Below are positions 12,588-24,049 of a stretch of 64,000 nt of DNA, piece by piece. The stretch spans positions 1,116,001-1,180,000 of the forward strand of contig CM068769.1 in the NCBI GenBank assembly GCA_035084275.1, given 5' to 3'. Positions within the stretch are counted from its first letter, which is position 1. Each line of letters opens with the position of its first letter. The notes beneath the pieces were generated by a model. The model was given only the letters and a program-made list of their open reading frames with translations, made no database searches and was not told the DNA's origin. This DNA is from Hydrolagus colliei (lineage: Eukaryota). A program made the position numbers and the translations under genes.

Positions 12588-14659
12588 CGTGAAATGTGTG
12601 TTGATTGGCATGTGGTGTCGAGGGAGCGTGGATGGTGGAGTTCCACACCGTTGCCTGGGAGACAGGTAGATGCGGTATGGAGGGCAGAACAAGAAATGGC
12701 ATACAGAATTTACTGAGCATGTCTGAAGGTTTTTCACAACACTTATGTCTCTGTCACTTTGCATAATTCACTCTGTTCATCCAACTTGCTCCCCTATTGG
12801 TTCATTTCCATTAATATGGTAAAGAGCTGAAATGGTTCATTGAGAGTGTTCAGAGCCAATGGGCAGGAGACACTTTACATCACCAGTTTCTCAGATATGT
12901 CTGCCCTAGTTACTTGAAAGTTTCCTTCCTGCCACATTTCCTCTCCAGGCTTCTGGGTTACAGACGTTTGAGTATAAAACACAAGTAGTTTTTAGCACAA
13001 TCAATCGCCAAAACTCGGTTTGTTTCGTATTTTACTAACCAGTGTGTAAACATCTGACAAACACATCCCATGCTTGCTAGCGTACAAATCCAAATTTGAT
13101 TTACAATAAATTTTATTGTGTTTGATGTAACATCTTATCGCATCTTCAAAACATCTCCAATGTCTTCAAAAAACGAACTTCTATGGGTAGCGATCATGTA
13201 TTTTCTCAATAAAATACACGGCAGCCAATTGTAGCAAAACGTAATACAGAGTCATCCATTTCGTTATTGGTGTATTGACCCAGGAAAGGCTATCGGCCAG
13301 TCATCTAGCAGCCGGTTTCCTACATAATAATAATAATAATAATCATAATCATCACTTGTTCCAAGTGCAACGATGAATCAGCTACAATCCAGCTCCTCAA
13401 TTATACATGTGTATTCATTCGTGCCGTCGACAATGCTCCCTGCGCCATTACCTTGGCTGAGTTCATTAATGGAGAGAGACATTTTGCGACTGCCCATATC
13501 GCTTTCCATTGTTTTAAAACTAACTCCGCCTATCCTTAACTTCTTCCCTTGCCACCTTCAAGGCACATCTCAAAACTGTCCTCTTCGAGTTGACCGCTGG
13601 TAACCAACTTGTTCTACCAGCCTTCCTTCCTTCCCAATTCGGGAACAGCTCTTGCCCAAAAGCTAGACTTTCCAGCAACTTGCGATGTCTTCCTGAAGTG
13701 AAAGTCACGATACAAATTTAGTTTTGCGTTATATTACAAAGGTAACGTTATTAATTTAAATCCACAAAAATGTCTTTTTTAAATGGAATGTCAGCTTAGG
13801 TCTAATTTTAATATATGATTTTTTTAAACAAAAACATGTTTTTTTTGCATTCCACAACAGTTTCCCAGAAAAATAAAAGAAGAAATTGAACTGAGCAGTT
13901 TTACCTATTGCATCATCTCTTCTGTGAAAGTGACATTAGGTGTTTACCATCCACCTGATGGACAAAAACCGCCTCTGTTTGAAGTCTATCATTGGGACGT
14001 CCCCTACGACATGAAAGGCGCTCTATATATGCAATGTTGTTGTAGATTGATAATGCCGTACCTGACGAAAGGCATATCCAAATAATTAGGCCCGTTATTG
14101 TCAATAATTTGGTCGGTTTACCTTAAATGCTATGAGTTCAAATTCCTTAATCAGGGTTTGAACCCACAATCTTCTGATTCAGAAGCAAATACACTGTCAA
14201 TGGAGCAAGAATGATTGTTTCACTCAGCGACTCTCACCTTCACCTTAGATTAATGTTAATCTGTGTACACAGGTTAGCATTATTCTGACTACCTGTCATC
14301 CGTATTAGAGAAGTAATTTCTGCAACATTGAGTAAAAGAGTCTGTGTAGAAATATCTAGTTACAAGGACTCAATTTTCGATAAATAATATCATGACGATG
14401 GGAATACTAACATTGGATTTTTCGCCTGATCATGTCTTCTTCGCGACTCGAAGTGCTTCACTGATTCTAATCTCGAGGGAGTTTCCCATATATCTTGAGG
14501 GCGAAATCTGCAAGACAATTGTGCACATAAGTCTACGACAAACAGAATAATTAGATGAAAGGCCCCTTTGTTCTTATTTATTATTTTTGAACAAACGGTT
14601 ACCCCCAGTAAAGCGATTCAGCAATCCAATGACGCTAAGGTTCCTATTTATTGCTGGGG

Positions 14660-14980
14660 TAACTAGGGGTCAGTGATTTAAGATTCGGGGTCAGCCTATT
14701 CGCACAGAAATAAGGACACATGTCTTCACTCACGCGGTAGTGAATTTATGGAATACGTGATACCACCACTCCAAAACAAAAAGATGTAGCTGCTCAGTCC
14801 TTCAGCATAATCGAGACTGAAATTGATAGATCTTTGTTTTATGCATAAAGAGATTAAGCGATCCTGGTATAAAGCGGGAGCAGGTGGAGTTAGATTGGAA
14901 GATCAGCTATAACCCTTTGAATGGCGGAGCGGGCTCGAGGGGCCGAATGGCCTATGCCTGCTTCTTATTCTCATGTTCTT
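14660..14980 (+). mobile_element. CR1-clade LINE 3' end
   Basis: TRG..LKIRGQPIRTEIRTHVFTHAVVNLWN-like remnant followed by the GAATGGCGGAGCGGGCTCGAGGGGCCGAATGGCCTA...TGTTCTT 3' UTR typical of shark CR1. Confidence 0.7.
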
Positions 14981-15100
14981 GTTATTAAACATGTATAAAC
15001 GCTGATTATATTTTTCTTGCAATGATGCCCCTCGTGGTTTTGCAGCAAAATAACCAGTTGATATTTTTGTCCGGATTTCCCATTACACAGCAGCAGTGTG

Positions 15101-15848
15101 GGCTCCATGGCACAGTAATACACAGCAATGTCCATGATTAGGACTGTGCCAATCCTCAGTTCGAAATGTTCACTCGGTTTATTGGCAGTGGAGGAAAATC
15201 GAGCTGGGAATTCAGGGTTACTGTGAACGTTAGTCGCTGTCCCTCGATATACATACACAGGAGTGTGGCTGGAAGCTTGTCTGTACCAGAAGAGAGCATA
15301 CGCATCACTGATTTTCTTGCAGGTGCAGGATGATTTCACAACTTGTGCCTCTAGAATCGATATTTCAGTCATCGATTCTTTCCCCCATTTCCTTCAGGCT
15401 GCTTCCTGTGATTGAAACCGACAAGGTTATTGAGGAGCAAGTTTGTATTACATAGGGATCCTGCTGCTCGCTGGTTGGAACACTAGCCACATAAGAGAGT
15501 AGAGCGAGATTCGATTCCTGGGCAGTGCAATACATCAGCTTAACTTATTTATTCCTCATGTCTCTGTAATCCTATTAGTAACTAGAAATCCAGGTGTTAG
15601 TGGATTGTTAATTCGCTTTACAGTACTTTGTGGGGCGCTTTGAGACGACTCAAATTTGTGACGAAACATTTTATGAATCCCAATTATCATAGATATTATT
15701 AGTATTTTGTTCTACTAAAGCTAGTAAAGCAAATTTTGATCTAATAAAGCAGATATTGAGGCAACATAGTGAAGGTATGAGAAAGTTACGTACGAGAAAG
15801 TATGCTGAGAGTTACTGAGAGCACAGCGCACTTCCCGCACAGGAGCAT
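15101..15848 (-). pseudogene. TCR alpha/delta V segment V5 (singleton family), probable pseudogene
   Basis: Putative leader 15794-15848 (MLLCGKCAVLSVTLSILS, C|GTACGT); V exon from acceptor 15405 is out of frame with the Ig domain (stop in every good splice phase), but LFWYRQ..DIAVYYCAMEP is retained. RSS CACACTG 15094-15100 / 23 / ACAAAAATA. Confidence 0.75.
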
Positions 15849-15977
15849 CTTAATCCTATGTCTTACGTTAACTCTCCAACATGTGGCTGTTTGTATACTG
15901 AATGTGGATGAAATGTAGAGACATTCACTCACCGCCCCGCCCACATAGCAAAATGCCCACATTGTCAGCAATCCGCC

Positions 15978-16140
15978 CACACAGTGCCCCGCCCACACAA
16001 TGCCCCGCCCACACAGAGCATCGCCCAGATATAGTCCCGCGCACACACAGCCCTGCCTACACCGTGCCCCGCCCACATATAGCCTTGCCCACAAGGGGCC
16101 CCGGCCACAGTGAGACCCACCCATAAGGGGCCAGCCCATT
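15978..16140 (+). repeat. 16-bp degenerate minisatellite (consensus CACACAGTGCCCCGCC, about 10 units) in the V5 promoter region
   Basis: Units start at 15978, 15994, 16010 and continue to about 16140. Confidence 0.8.
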
Positions 16141-16697
16141 CAGTCACTGTCATTCGTAAACAAAGCTCCTCCCACAGAAGTGAGTTGGACACCACCTCAA
16201 CGCTCCTCCTCCTCCTCCTCGCAGGTCATATTCTGTTTTGGTGTGAAGCGTCTTGTTCATCTGCGTCTTACACAGGGACACTCGTGGTCACTCGATCAAG
16301 GAAACTTGGATTAGGGCTATAGTTGTAGTTTCTCAGAAATATAGAAGAGTTAAAGGTAATTTCTTACAAAACTTTAAAATTGTTATTTGCCGCTAAATGC
16401 GGCAGCCAATTCCGCACATCGGCATCCCACAATTGGCTTGGATCGGAGAGGAACAACTTCTTCAAAGGAATTCTTATCCCCAGGATAGCGATTCGGTCAA
16501 TCGATCAAAAACCGGGCTCATCCATATTTCAATGCAAATAGAAGTTTGTGGAGTAAGGAAGGCGGTTTGCTGAGTGTTTCTCGCTGCGGCGATTCCAGCT
16601 CAGGTTCTCTTGTTTCCAAAGGAGGTGCTCTTACCATTGAGCTGCAATAACCCCAGCATGTTTTTGTACAGGCCCTTCGTAAACACATATCACTGTG

Positions 16698-17141
16698 CCC
16701 TCCGCACAGAAGTAAGTGGCAGAATCAGGAACTCTCACGTCTCGGATCGATAACGTGCTATTTTTTCCAACAGTCAAAGCATTTATCCTCTCTTTCGGCT
16801 TAATCACTCTGGATCCCAACACTAGTAATTGCATAGAGCCGTTTCCATACTGTTTGTACCATTGAAAAGTTGGGCCGCTCGCACTGGTGCTGCACTCTAT
16901 AGTTGCATTTCCATGTTCAGTCTCCGTTATGGACAGTGCTCTCTGTGTCACTTCGTTGTCAGCCAACACACCTGGGGGAACAGACGCGGACATTCTAGCA
17001 AAGAAACTTTGAAAAAATCTGCAACAAAAATTTAATTAATAGGAAAACGAGAATGTGTTTGTCCAAACTGGGACTCTACTTACAGAAGATCAGAATCATT
17101 AAATTAATAATAATATGCATTGCGGTGTAACATGGCTTCAA
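16698..17141 (-). CDS. TCR alpha/delta V segment V6 (family B), open frame; canonical leader ATG mutated to TTG
   Basis: V exon 16698-16971; 58-nt leader 17084-17141 begins TTG, with an in-frame ATG at 17120 (MHIIINLMILIF). RSS CACAGTG 16691-16697 / 23 / ACAAAAACA 16659-16667. Confidence 0.88.
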
Positions 17142-17770
17142 TCTTAATCCCCGATTAGTCAAGTCAAAATCAGTCTGGGAACTGCCACGGGAAATCATCC
17201 AAAGCCTGACAAGCGTTTACGAATGTTTATCGAACGCTTTTAGCTGTTCAGATTATAACTATATTCTGGGTGACGGCTTCACTGACATCTAACTTCCGGT
17301 ATGTTGGCTTGTGCTATATTCATTCGTTAATCGACTATCATTAGGGTTCACACGTACAGATGGTAAAACAGAGGCATGTTTGTGGATGACGAAAACACAC
17401 CCAATGGTCCTACCTCCTCGAAAGGTGACACACGTCTTCTTAAGAGGCATGCATTCCAACCATTAAAGTAAAGGACATCTCCTTGATTGATTCCAAGCAA
17501 GCAGAGCAATAGACTGGAGGGCAATAGACAGCTGGACAACTGCAGTGGAGGAGTTGTGTAGAATCGAAAATTTGGGCTGATCTCCTCTGCATAAGTTCTG
17601 CCGTGAGCCAGGTCGTGCTGTGTTGTTGTCAGCAGTGGGAACCAATGGGAAGCATACTGAGAATGTTTTACCTTTTTACCTACAGATCAATTTTGCTCAT
17701 ACAGGTTCTTCTCTGCTAAATGAGGACAAGGGATTTTACTCGGAACATAGTGAGAAGTTACACAGTGTTT

Positions 17771-17805
17771 CGCCGCCGTCTGGCGGTAGTAACGTGGTAC
17801 TGCAG
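17771..17805 (-). promoter_or_regulatory. CTCF-like site with upstream motif
   Basis: Minus strand TGCAGTACC-ACGTT-ACTA-CCGCCAGACGGCGG. Confidence 0.45.
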
Positions 17806-18137
17806 ATTATTATCGTTAATGTGAACACAAAAAGGAGGCCCTTCGGCCCATTGAGTGGGTGCCGGCTTTTTGAAAAGAGCAATTCAATCTCACTCACCTG
17901 TTCTCTCCCCATAACCGCGCAATCCCGTACTCTGCATATAAATGTATACTTGATAGATCTTGATCAGAAATCAGACCTGAGAATGTCGCAGGTGGTTTGG
18001 GAGTGTGGAACGCGGGTTGGTTGAGAGTTATGAAGGATTCTGACAATGTGCTACCAAGGATCAGGTCTGGTCAAACTTTCTCTTCTCAGCTCAAGGAGAA
18101 CAAGGGATTTCACTTGTGGGCAGTTGCACAGCGCATC

Positions 18138-18171
18138 GACACCATCTGGCCGTAGTAATGCAATACTGCAG
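18138..18171 (-). promoter_or_regulatory. CTCF-like site with upstream motif
   Basis: Minus strand TGCAGTATT-GCATT-ACTA-CGGCCAGATGGTGTC. Confidence 0.45.
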
Positions 18172-18792
18172 AATTGTTATCGTTAACTGAACAAACAATA
18201 ACTGCACAAAAGCTTCAGGGGAGATGAACAAAAAGGGAAGTCGGTTCTCGGCTTTAAATCTCACTAAAATTTGAAAGTATTGAAATGAACTGAGGCGCAA
18301 AGCAATAATAATTATCATTGCATTTCATATAACTTTTCCACGTTCTCCAGATATCTTGTGGGAAGCTCACGTAATTTACTATAAAGAGAATTATCCGTAT
18401 ATTTGTGGTGAAATCTGTCAGAGAATTGAACACAGCAGATTACCACAAAGGTTATTGGATGGACGTGACCAATTCATCAATTTTGTTATAATGAATACAA
18501 GTAATCTCCTGGGATTAAATTGGGAAATGATTAATCAGATAAGCACGTGATAACTAATGAAGAGCTATTGGAACTTTACAATAGAACACTGAGGAGAAAC
18601 TCAAAACGTGATCCTACATAATCGGTGATGAAGAAACCCATACTGTTTGCGTTTTGTTATTGAAAAATGAATAATATCTGAATTGAATACACTTGGAGCT
18701 GTAATACGGCATTCATCAAGTGGCCAGTTATTGTTTTGTGAACACAAGGAGTGAATACAGTGAAACAACTCCAACGAAATACGCAGCCTTAT

Positions 18793-19641
18793 GTCTGCGT
18801 ATATCGGCATCTTCCTGGTTGATGTGCTGAGGTTATACTCTGGTGGGTTGTTGGCGTATTGTAGATACCAAAACAAATATGGATTGTCGCTGATTGTAGC
18901 TGTATAATTACACTGCTAATACACACCCTCCCCTTTCATTCATTGTCACAGTCGCTAGGAGCTGTGTCACCGAGTCTCCTCCACAATGTCCTGGGAAACA
19001 CAAACACATCAGCATCGAATGCAATAATGACATAAACATACTTTTGTTTGATATAGCATCGTATAGAGTGATCGTGGCATCTGCTAGCGTTTCACAGACT
19101 ATATAGTGACTCAATTTTGTGGGTGAAAGCGGCAGGCATTTGAGTGCATCATTCCAGCACAAACGGTCATGGAATAATAATACTAATCCTTGCATTTGTT
19201 ATTGCGCTCTTCACGTCTTGGAGACGCCTCAAAGTGTTTCCCAGTGTACACTATGAATTGAATTGACTATATTTTGATCAGTAGCTGCATTTTCAAGAGT
19301 TCAATAGCATAGCAATGTGATCTGTCAATCGATTAAATAATCGGGTACCTACTCACTGTTCGGTAAGCAGATATATATGTGTATCTGTCGAAAAAGTACA
19401 CTTGCAGGTTTGCCCTTTCGCACCGGGAATCGAACTCAGATCCTTCAGCATGCGAGTCGAGTGTTCTAACCACTAGCCACAGGACACCAGGTATCCACCA
19501 ATGGTATAGTGTGTTAGTTATTCCATGCAATAAAACGTTGGCTTAGGAGAACATGTAAATAAATTACATCCATATGGAGTTGGTTTTTGGCTTACCAGAG
19601 AAGGTAATGATGGCAGCTGCCACATATATGTACATTGTCAT
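18793..19641 (-). pseudogene. TCR alpha/delta V segment V7 (family A), frameshifted and 3'-truncated, no RSS
   Basis: Leader 19596-19641 (MTMYIYVAAAIITFS); V exon starts at 18990 (GHCGGDSVTQ), +1 frameshift before C23, then YLFWYLQY..PEY..YAD; homology ends at about 18793. Confidence 0.88.
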
Positions 19642-19709
19642 CTATGTTAATGGCACACAATGTTGACGGAGCGCTGATGGTTTAGTTGGGGAACGTTGGC
19701 TGGGAAGCA

Positions 19710-21087
19710 ACAACAACAATAACAAAACTTACATTTATATAGCGCCTTTCACGTCGAGAGGACGTCCCATGGCGCTGTACAGTTAGGTAGGACAAGAGCA
19801 GGGTGGGAAGGATCAGGGCAGGATGAAGAATAGTAGGAAAAGTAACTGTATATTAGTGGGCGAAACGTGGCAGCCAAATTGCGCACAGCAGTGTCCCACA
19901 ATCAGTCATGGAAGTGGGACTAGGGGCAAAAGGGGGTAAAGAAGCAAAAGGGGAGGGGTCGAGGCAGGGGGAAGAAAAGCAGGAAAGTCGACTGTATACT
20001 TGTGGGCGAAACGCGACAGCTAAATTGCGCACAGCAGTGTCCCCACAAACAATCGCGAAAATGGGGCCAGGAGAGAAAGGGGGAAAAGAGGGTAAGGGGG
20101 GAGAGGGAGGCAAAGGTGGGATGGGTTAGGGTTGGGGAGGAAGAGGGGGGAGAAAGAGGGGTAAGGAAGAGAGGGAGGGAAAGATGGGTGGGGGCAAGAT
20201 CAGGAAGAGGGAGGGAAGGGGAAAAGCGAGGAGAGAAAGTGGGGAAAAGGAGTGAGGGAAGAAGAAGATGGGGGCAGGGGTGGGGGGAATCAATCAACAA
20301 TAATAAATAACAAAAGCAATAATATTAACAACAAAAACAGCAACAAACAACAACCAACAATCGTCCAGCAACCACTCCTTGTCCTCGCCGCCCGCCTGGA
20401 TGATCACTGAGATGGCGGGAAAAAAGGGCCCAGTGTGGTGTCAGGCCCCAAAACCGACCGGCTTCTCAGTCGGTGAACCCGGTGACTCGGTGATGGCCCT
20501 GGCACATCGGACATGGTGTGTCTGGCCAGCTCGCACAGCAGCAGCAGCAGCAGCGCGATCGCCGACTGCATCTCGCGAGACGAGATGATCCGTCGCTTGC
20601 AGCACGTGGGTGCTCTCCCCCTCGCGGAATACGTGCGCCACCCGCTGCCTGAGGAAAGTGCCGAGGTCGAGGCCTTCCTAGGTCCTGTCGAGGGGCCACT
20701 CTTCGCACAGCCGGAGGAAGCGCAGACAGCGAATGGCCGCCATTCCCTCCATGATACTTCCCGTCGTCCAAAAAAAATGGCTTCGTTGGCCGGCTGCCCA
20801 TAGAGGAAGAACCGGCAGCGATGGAAGCCGGCTCCAGCTGGTGGGCTGAGCGGTGCATAGCGTGAAAGCTCTGTCACCACGATCGTTCCAGCCCGAATAT
20901 CTCTAGTCTCGGGAGCGGGTGGTCGCGTGTGAAAAAAAATATCACTATATATCTAAAATTACTATTAGATAAAATAGATGATATAACATATCATCTATCG
21001 CCAGGGAGGGGGCGAGGTGGAGAGAGTGCAGGTGCTATCCTGCACTCTCTCCACCATCTCACAGAAAAAAAAAAAAAAAAAATTGTC
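19710..21087. mobile_element. 1378-bp composite insertion with 7-bp target-site duplication (L2-type tail, SINE pieces, purine tract, captured UQCC2 exon 1, hairpin, poly-A)
   Basis: GGAAGCA at 19703-19709 and 21088-21094; removing the insert restores GTTGGCTGGGAAGCAGTAAGATACCG, matching the empty paralog GTTGTCTGGGAGGCAGAAAGATACCG near 6085. Confidence 0.8.
20606..20743 (-). pseudogene. UQCC2: Captured UQCC2 (complex III assembly factor 2) exon-1 fragment with one premature stop
   Basis: [45 protein letters not shown] aligns with the vertebrate UQCC2 N-terminus as I recall it ([46 protein letters not shown]); 46 codons, then GT and loss of homology. Confidence 0.85.
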
Positions 21088-21164
21088 GGAAGCAGTAAGA
21101 TACCGTGAGGAGGGCTGAAAATGAAATGATATAAACATGTTGCCATACACTGTGAGGGAGCAGG

Positions 21165-21250
21165 TTTGAGGTTTATGTACAACCTATGTGTCACTGTCAC
21201 TGAGCGTCATCTTCTCTGCTCTGCCATTTCGCTCCTCCATTGGTTCTCCT
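21165..21250 (-). promoter_or_regulatory. Family-A V promoter (CCAAT, TGACGC half-CRE, TACATAAA TATA-like), here displaced from V7 by the insertion
   Basis: Minus strand CCAATGG..ATGACGC..GTACATAAACC; the same arrangement occurs at about 26060-26135 (V9) and in part at about 32690-32745 (V12). Confidence 0.55.
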
Positions 21251-21674
21251 CCAACACTGACATGCCTGTGATCAAATGGATGACAGTCACCTGCAGCAAG
21301 ATAGACCGATAAATACATTACATGTGGTCCAAACGCATACATCAGTTCCACACATCTGTACCGTCTGTGGACTCATGTAGTTTAATGGTATCAACACTCG
21401 CCTTACAAGCATTTTGCCTGCGTTTGATGCCTGCCAGGGCGACATGTTGGTCAAGTTTACTTACTCCACACACCGACCTCGGTTTACCGAGAGTAAGTAG
21501 GAATACGGTTGTTAATCGATTGAAGAGTAACGTTTCAGAGGAATAATCTCTCCTAACATAGTATACTCGACTTACGTCTGTTTATAGGGCAATGCTGTGC
21601 ATAAGTAAATGCCTCGTTTCTCCTGCAAAACGAAAATTAAGTACATTTTACATTGTACACTGTGAAGTGATTTA

Positions 21675-21760
21675 TATATAGATAAATTTATATATATATA
21701 TATATAGTGTATATATATACATCTATATATATATCTATATATATATACTCTGCATATATA
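21675..21760. repeat. (TA)n-rich microsatellite
   Basis: Direct inspection. Confidence 0.9.
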
Positions 21761-21837
21761 TTGCAAAATAGGTAGGAGGAGTTGCTCAGAGGAAGTCCCA
21801 CAGTGTGTGTGTATAGGGATAGATAATTCCTTTATGT

Positions 21838-22075
21838 GTGTTGGTCCCGGTTCTCACATCAAAAGCACTCAAGTATCTCGCACCACCCTACATTCTTGAA
21901 TTCCTATCCCTGCTATCTCCTTACCAACCTTCCCGCCATCTTAGTTCGGCTGGCTCTGACCTGCTCAACGTCCCCCTACCCACACGCCCATCCATTGGCG
22001 GGCGAGCCTTCAATCACTCTGCCCCCAAACTCTGGAACTCCATCCCGACTTCATTCCGCCACAGTTTGTACTGAG
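21838..22075 (+). mobile_element. L2 LINE 3' fragment
   Basis: KALKYLAPPY..PYQPSRHLSS..LLNVP..IGGRAFNHSAPKLWNSIP. Confidence 0.85.
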
Positions 22076-22211
22076 AAGTGAATTGGCTGTATGTTCTACT
22101 GTATAAATGTGGCAACCCACTTCCTCTATGTGGCAACCCTCGTGCTCCACCCATTGATCTGCGGTAAACTCAGCATGTTTTTGCACAGGTCCTTCGTAAA
22201 CACACATTGTG

Positions 22212-22658
22212 CGCAATGCACAGAAGTAAGTGGCGGATTCAGACACACGCACGTCTCGGATCGATAATGTGCTGTTTTTTCCAACAGTCAAAGCATTTAT
22301 CCTTTGCTTCTCCTTCATCTCTCTCGATCCCAATACCAAGTAACTTATCGAGCCGTTTCCATGCTGTTTGTACCAGTGAAATCTCTGGACAGTCACAGTG
22401 GTGCTGCACTCCATAGATACATTTCCATTTTCATACTCTGTCAGAGCCTGAGGTATCTGTGACACTTCGCTTTCAGCCGAGACACCTGGTGGAATAGAAA
22501 CGAATATTCATGAACAGTATATCATAAAATATCTGCAATAGGTGTTAACTATGTATCAGGAAAACCAAGATGTGTGTGTCCAATCTGGTACTCTACTTAC
22601 ACAAGATTGTTATAATTAAATGAAAAATTATATATGGTGCATTGAAATCCTGCTTCAT
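22212..22658 (-). CDS. TCR alpha/delta V segment V8 (family B), open frame, RSS spacer only 20 bp
   Basis: Leader 22601-22658 (MKQDFNAPYIIFHLIITIL); V exon 22212-22485. RSS CACAATG 22205-22211 / 20 / GCAAAAACA 22176-22184. Confidence 0.88.
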
Positions 22659-23535
22659 GCTCAAGTCTCTGAATTCACGTCAAGATTTCTGATAGAAATG
22701 CAGCTGGAAATCAGCCTAAAACTGATCAATATTTACAAATGTTTGTGCAACGCAGTTAACTATGTACGTTATAAGTGTATTCTCGGTGACGCCTTCACGC
22801 ACTTCTCACTTCCTGCATGTTTGCTTCGGCAGAATTCATTAGCCAATTGGCCAGCTACAGGATTGTACTTGTTGCTTGTTGGTGGAGGTTTGCTTGTGTG
22901 TGGGGTAATCATACATGCCGTATGAATCGTCCACCCTGATTGATTCCCAGGCAAAGCAATACGTTGGGCAAACATCCTTATTCCACTCAAACACAGACAC
23001 ACAACACACACACACACACACACACATACTCACACCTCGGTTTTGCTAAGCATAAGGAGGAAACCACAGGTTAGTCTATTGGTGGTTCACTTTATTGGGG
23101 GTAATATTCCCCATCTCCAAAATGTTGTTCATCAAAGCCAAACAGCACTACAATTATTATTATTGATATTACCATTATTACCACTATTATTGTTATTAAT
23201 ATTGCTGTCCAGTCATCTATGTGCTTAATTTTACGCCAAGAAGCATGTAAACAATAAAATTCTTCTGTACCTACGTTAAATTAAATGTTGTCAGTTTTAT
23301 TGCATTCCCAATCTATACTAAAACAAACAAACTTACGTTAGTTAACAAAACCTAATACAAATGTTAACACACTGAGATCCCCTGGAGGGTGAATGCTTAT
23401 TTTTCAGAAAGACAACAACATGAACAGATTACATTTCGAGCAAACTAAGCCTTGCGATTGCCATGGTTACGGTTTAGACAAACTTTTGAACATTTCAGCA
23501 GAAGCAGCAATAATACATAGGACGTAACCAATGTG

Positions 23536-23671
23536 AACTGTAACAGGAAGCACCTGTTATATCTGTCCAGGTAGATTGACACAGAATGGAACATGGAAAG
23601 CTTTGTCAATTGCAGATGATGTTATATGTGTGTTTTGTCTGCCAGCTGCTGTTGGACTGTAGGTACTGCAC
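23536..23671 (-). promoter_or_regulatory. MYB/ETS/E-box-like module plus CTCF-like site
   Basis: AACTGTAACAGGAAGCACCTG 23536-23556; minus strand TGCAGTACC-TACAG-TCCA-ACAGCAGCTGGCAG. Confidence 0.5.
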
Positions 23672-24049
23672 GTGCATAATTTGAAAGCAAGGTTTTCTTG
23701 GAGGGCCGTCCTTAGCGTTCCTGGTCCAATTGCCTCCAATGGAAATTGATACTTTGGTCCCATTTACTTGCTTTTTCCTCGTATTGTCTGTGCTTGAATG
23801 GTTTACTCGAATTCAATCTCAGTCACAGTCTCTTACGGTGACATATCAATTGTTTCTCCACTTTAAGACTATTTCTTGCTCTGATGCTGTAAACGTTGAT
23901 CATATTTTGCTTCTCAATGAGCTGCCATTCACAGTTTACATGGCAGCAGCACAATATTTACAGGTGTGTGGCACCATTCATTTGGGGATGATGTCACAAT
24001 GCACTGTATTTACAAAATACATCAACGATAGAATAACATTTGCGACGTC

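Larger units (their letters stand above)
5200..12700. repeat. Segmental duplication copy 1 (V1-V4 cassette); copy 2 at about 25000-32700
   Basis: V1/V9, V2/V10, V3/V11 and V4/V12 are offset by 19771, 19781, 19769 and 19795 bp; intergenic DNA is also colinear. Ends are approximate. Confidence 0.85.

Noticed and set aside
17761-17767. Isolated plus-strand CACAGTG heptamers as D-segment RSSs
   Set aside because: No nonamer at 12 or 23 bp and no paired RSS flanking a short core; no D or free J segments are supportable in this window.
20404-20880. 158-aa minus-strand ORF initially read as a LINE ORF1
   Set aside because: A different frame of the same DNA gives the clear UQCC2 match; this ORF is a GC-rich shadow.
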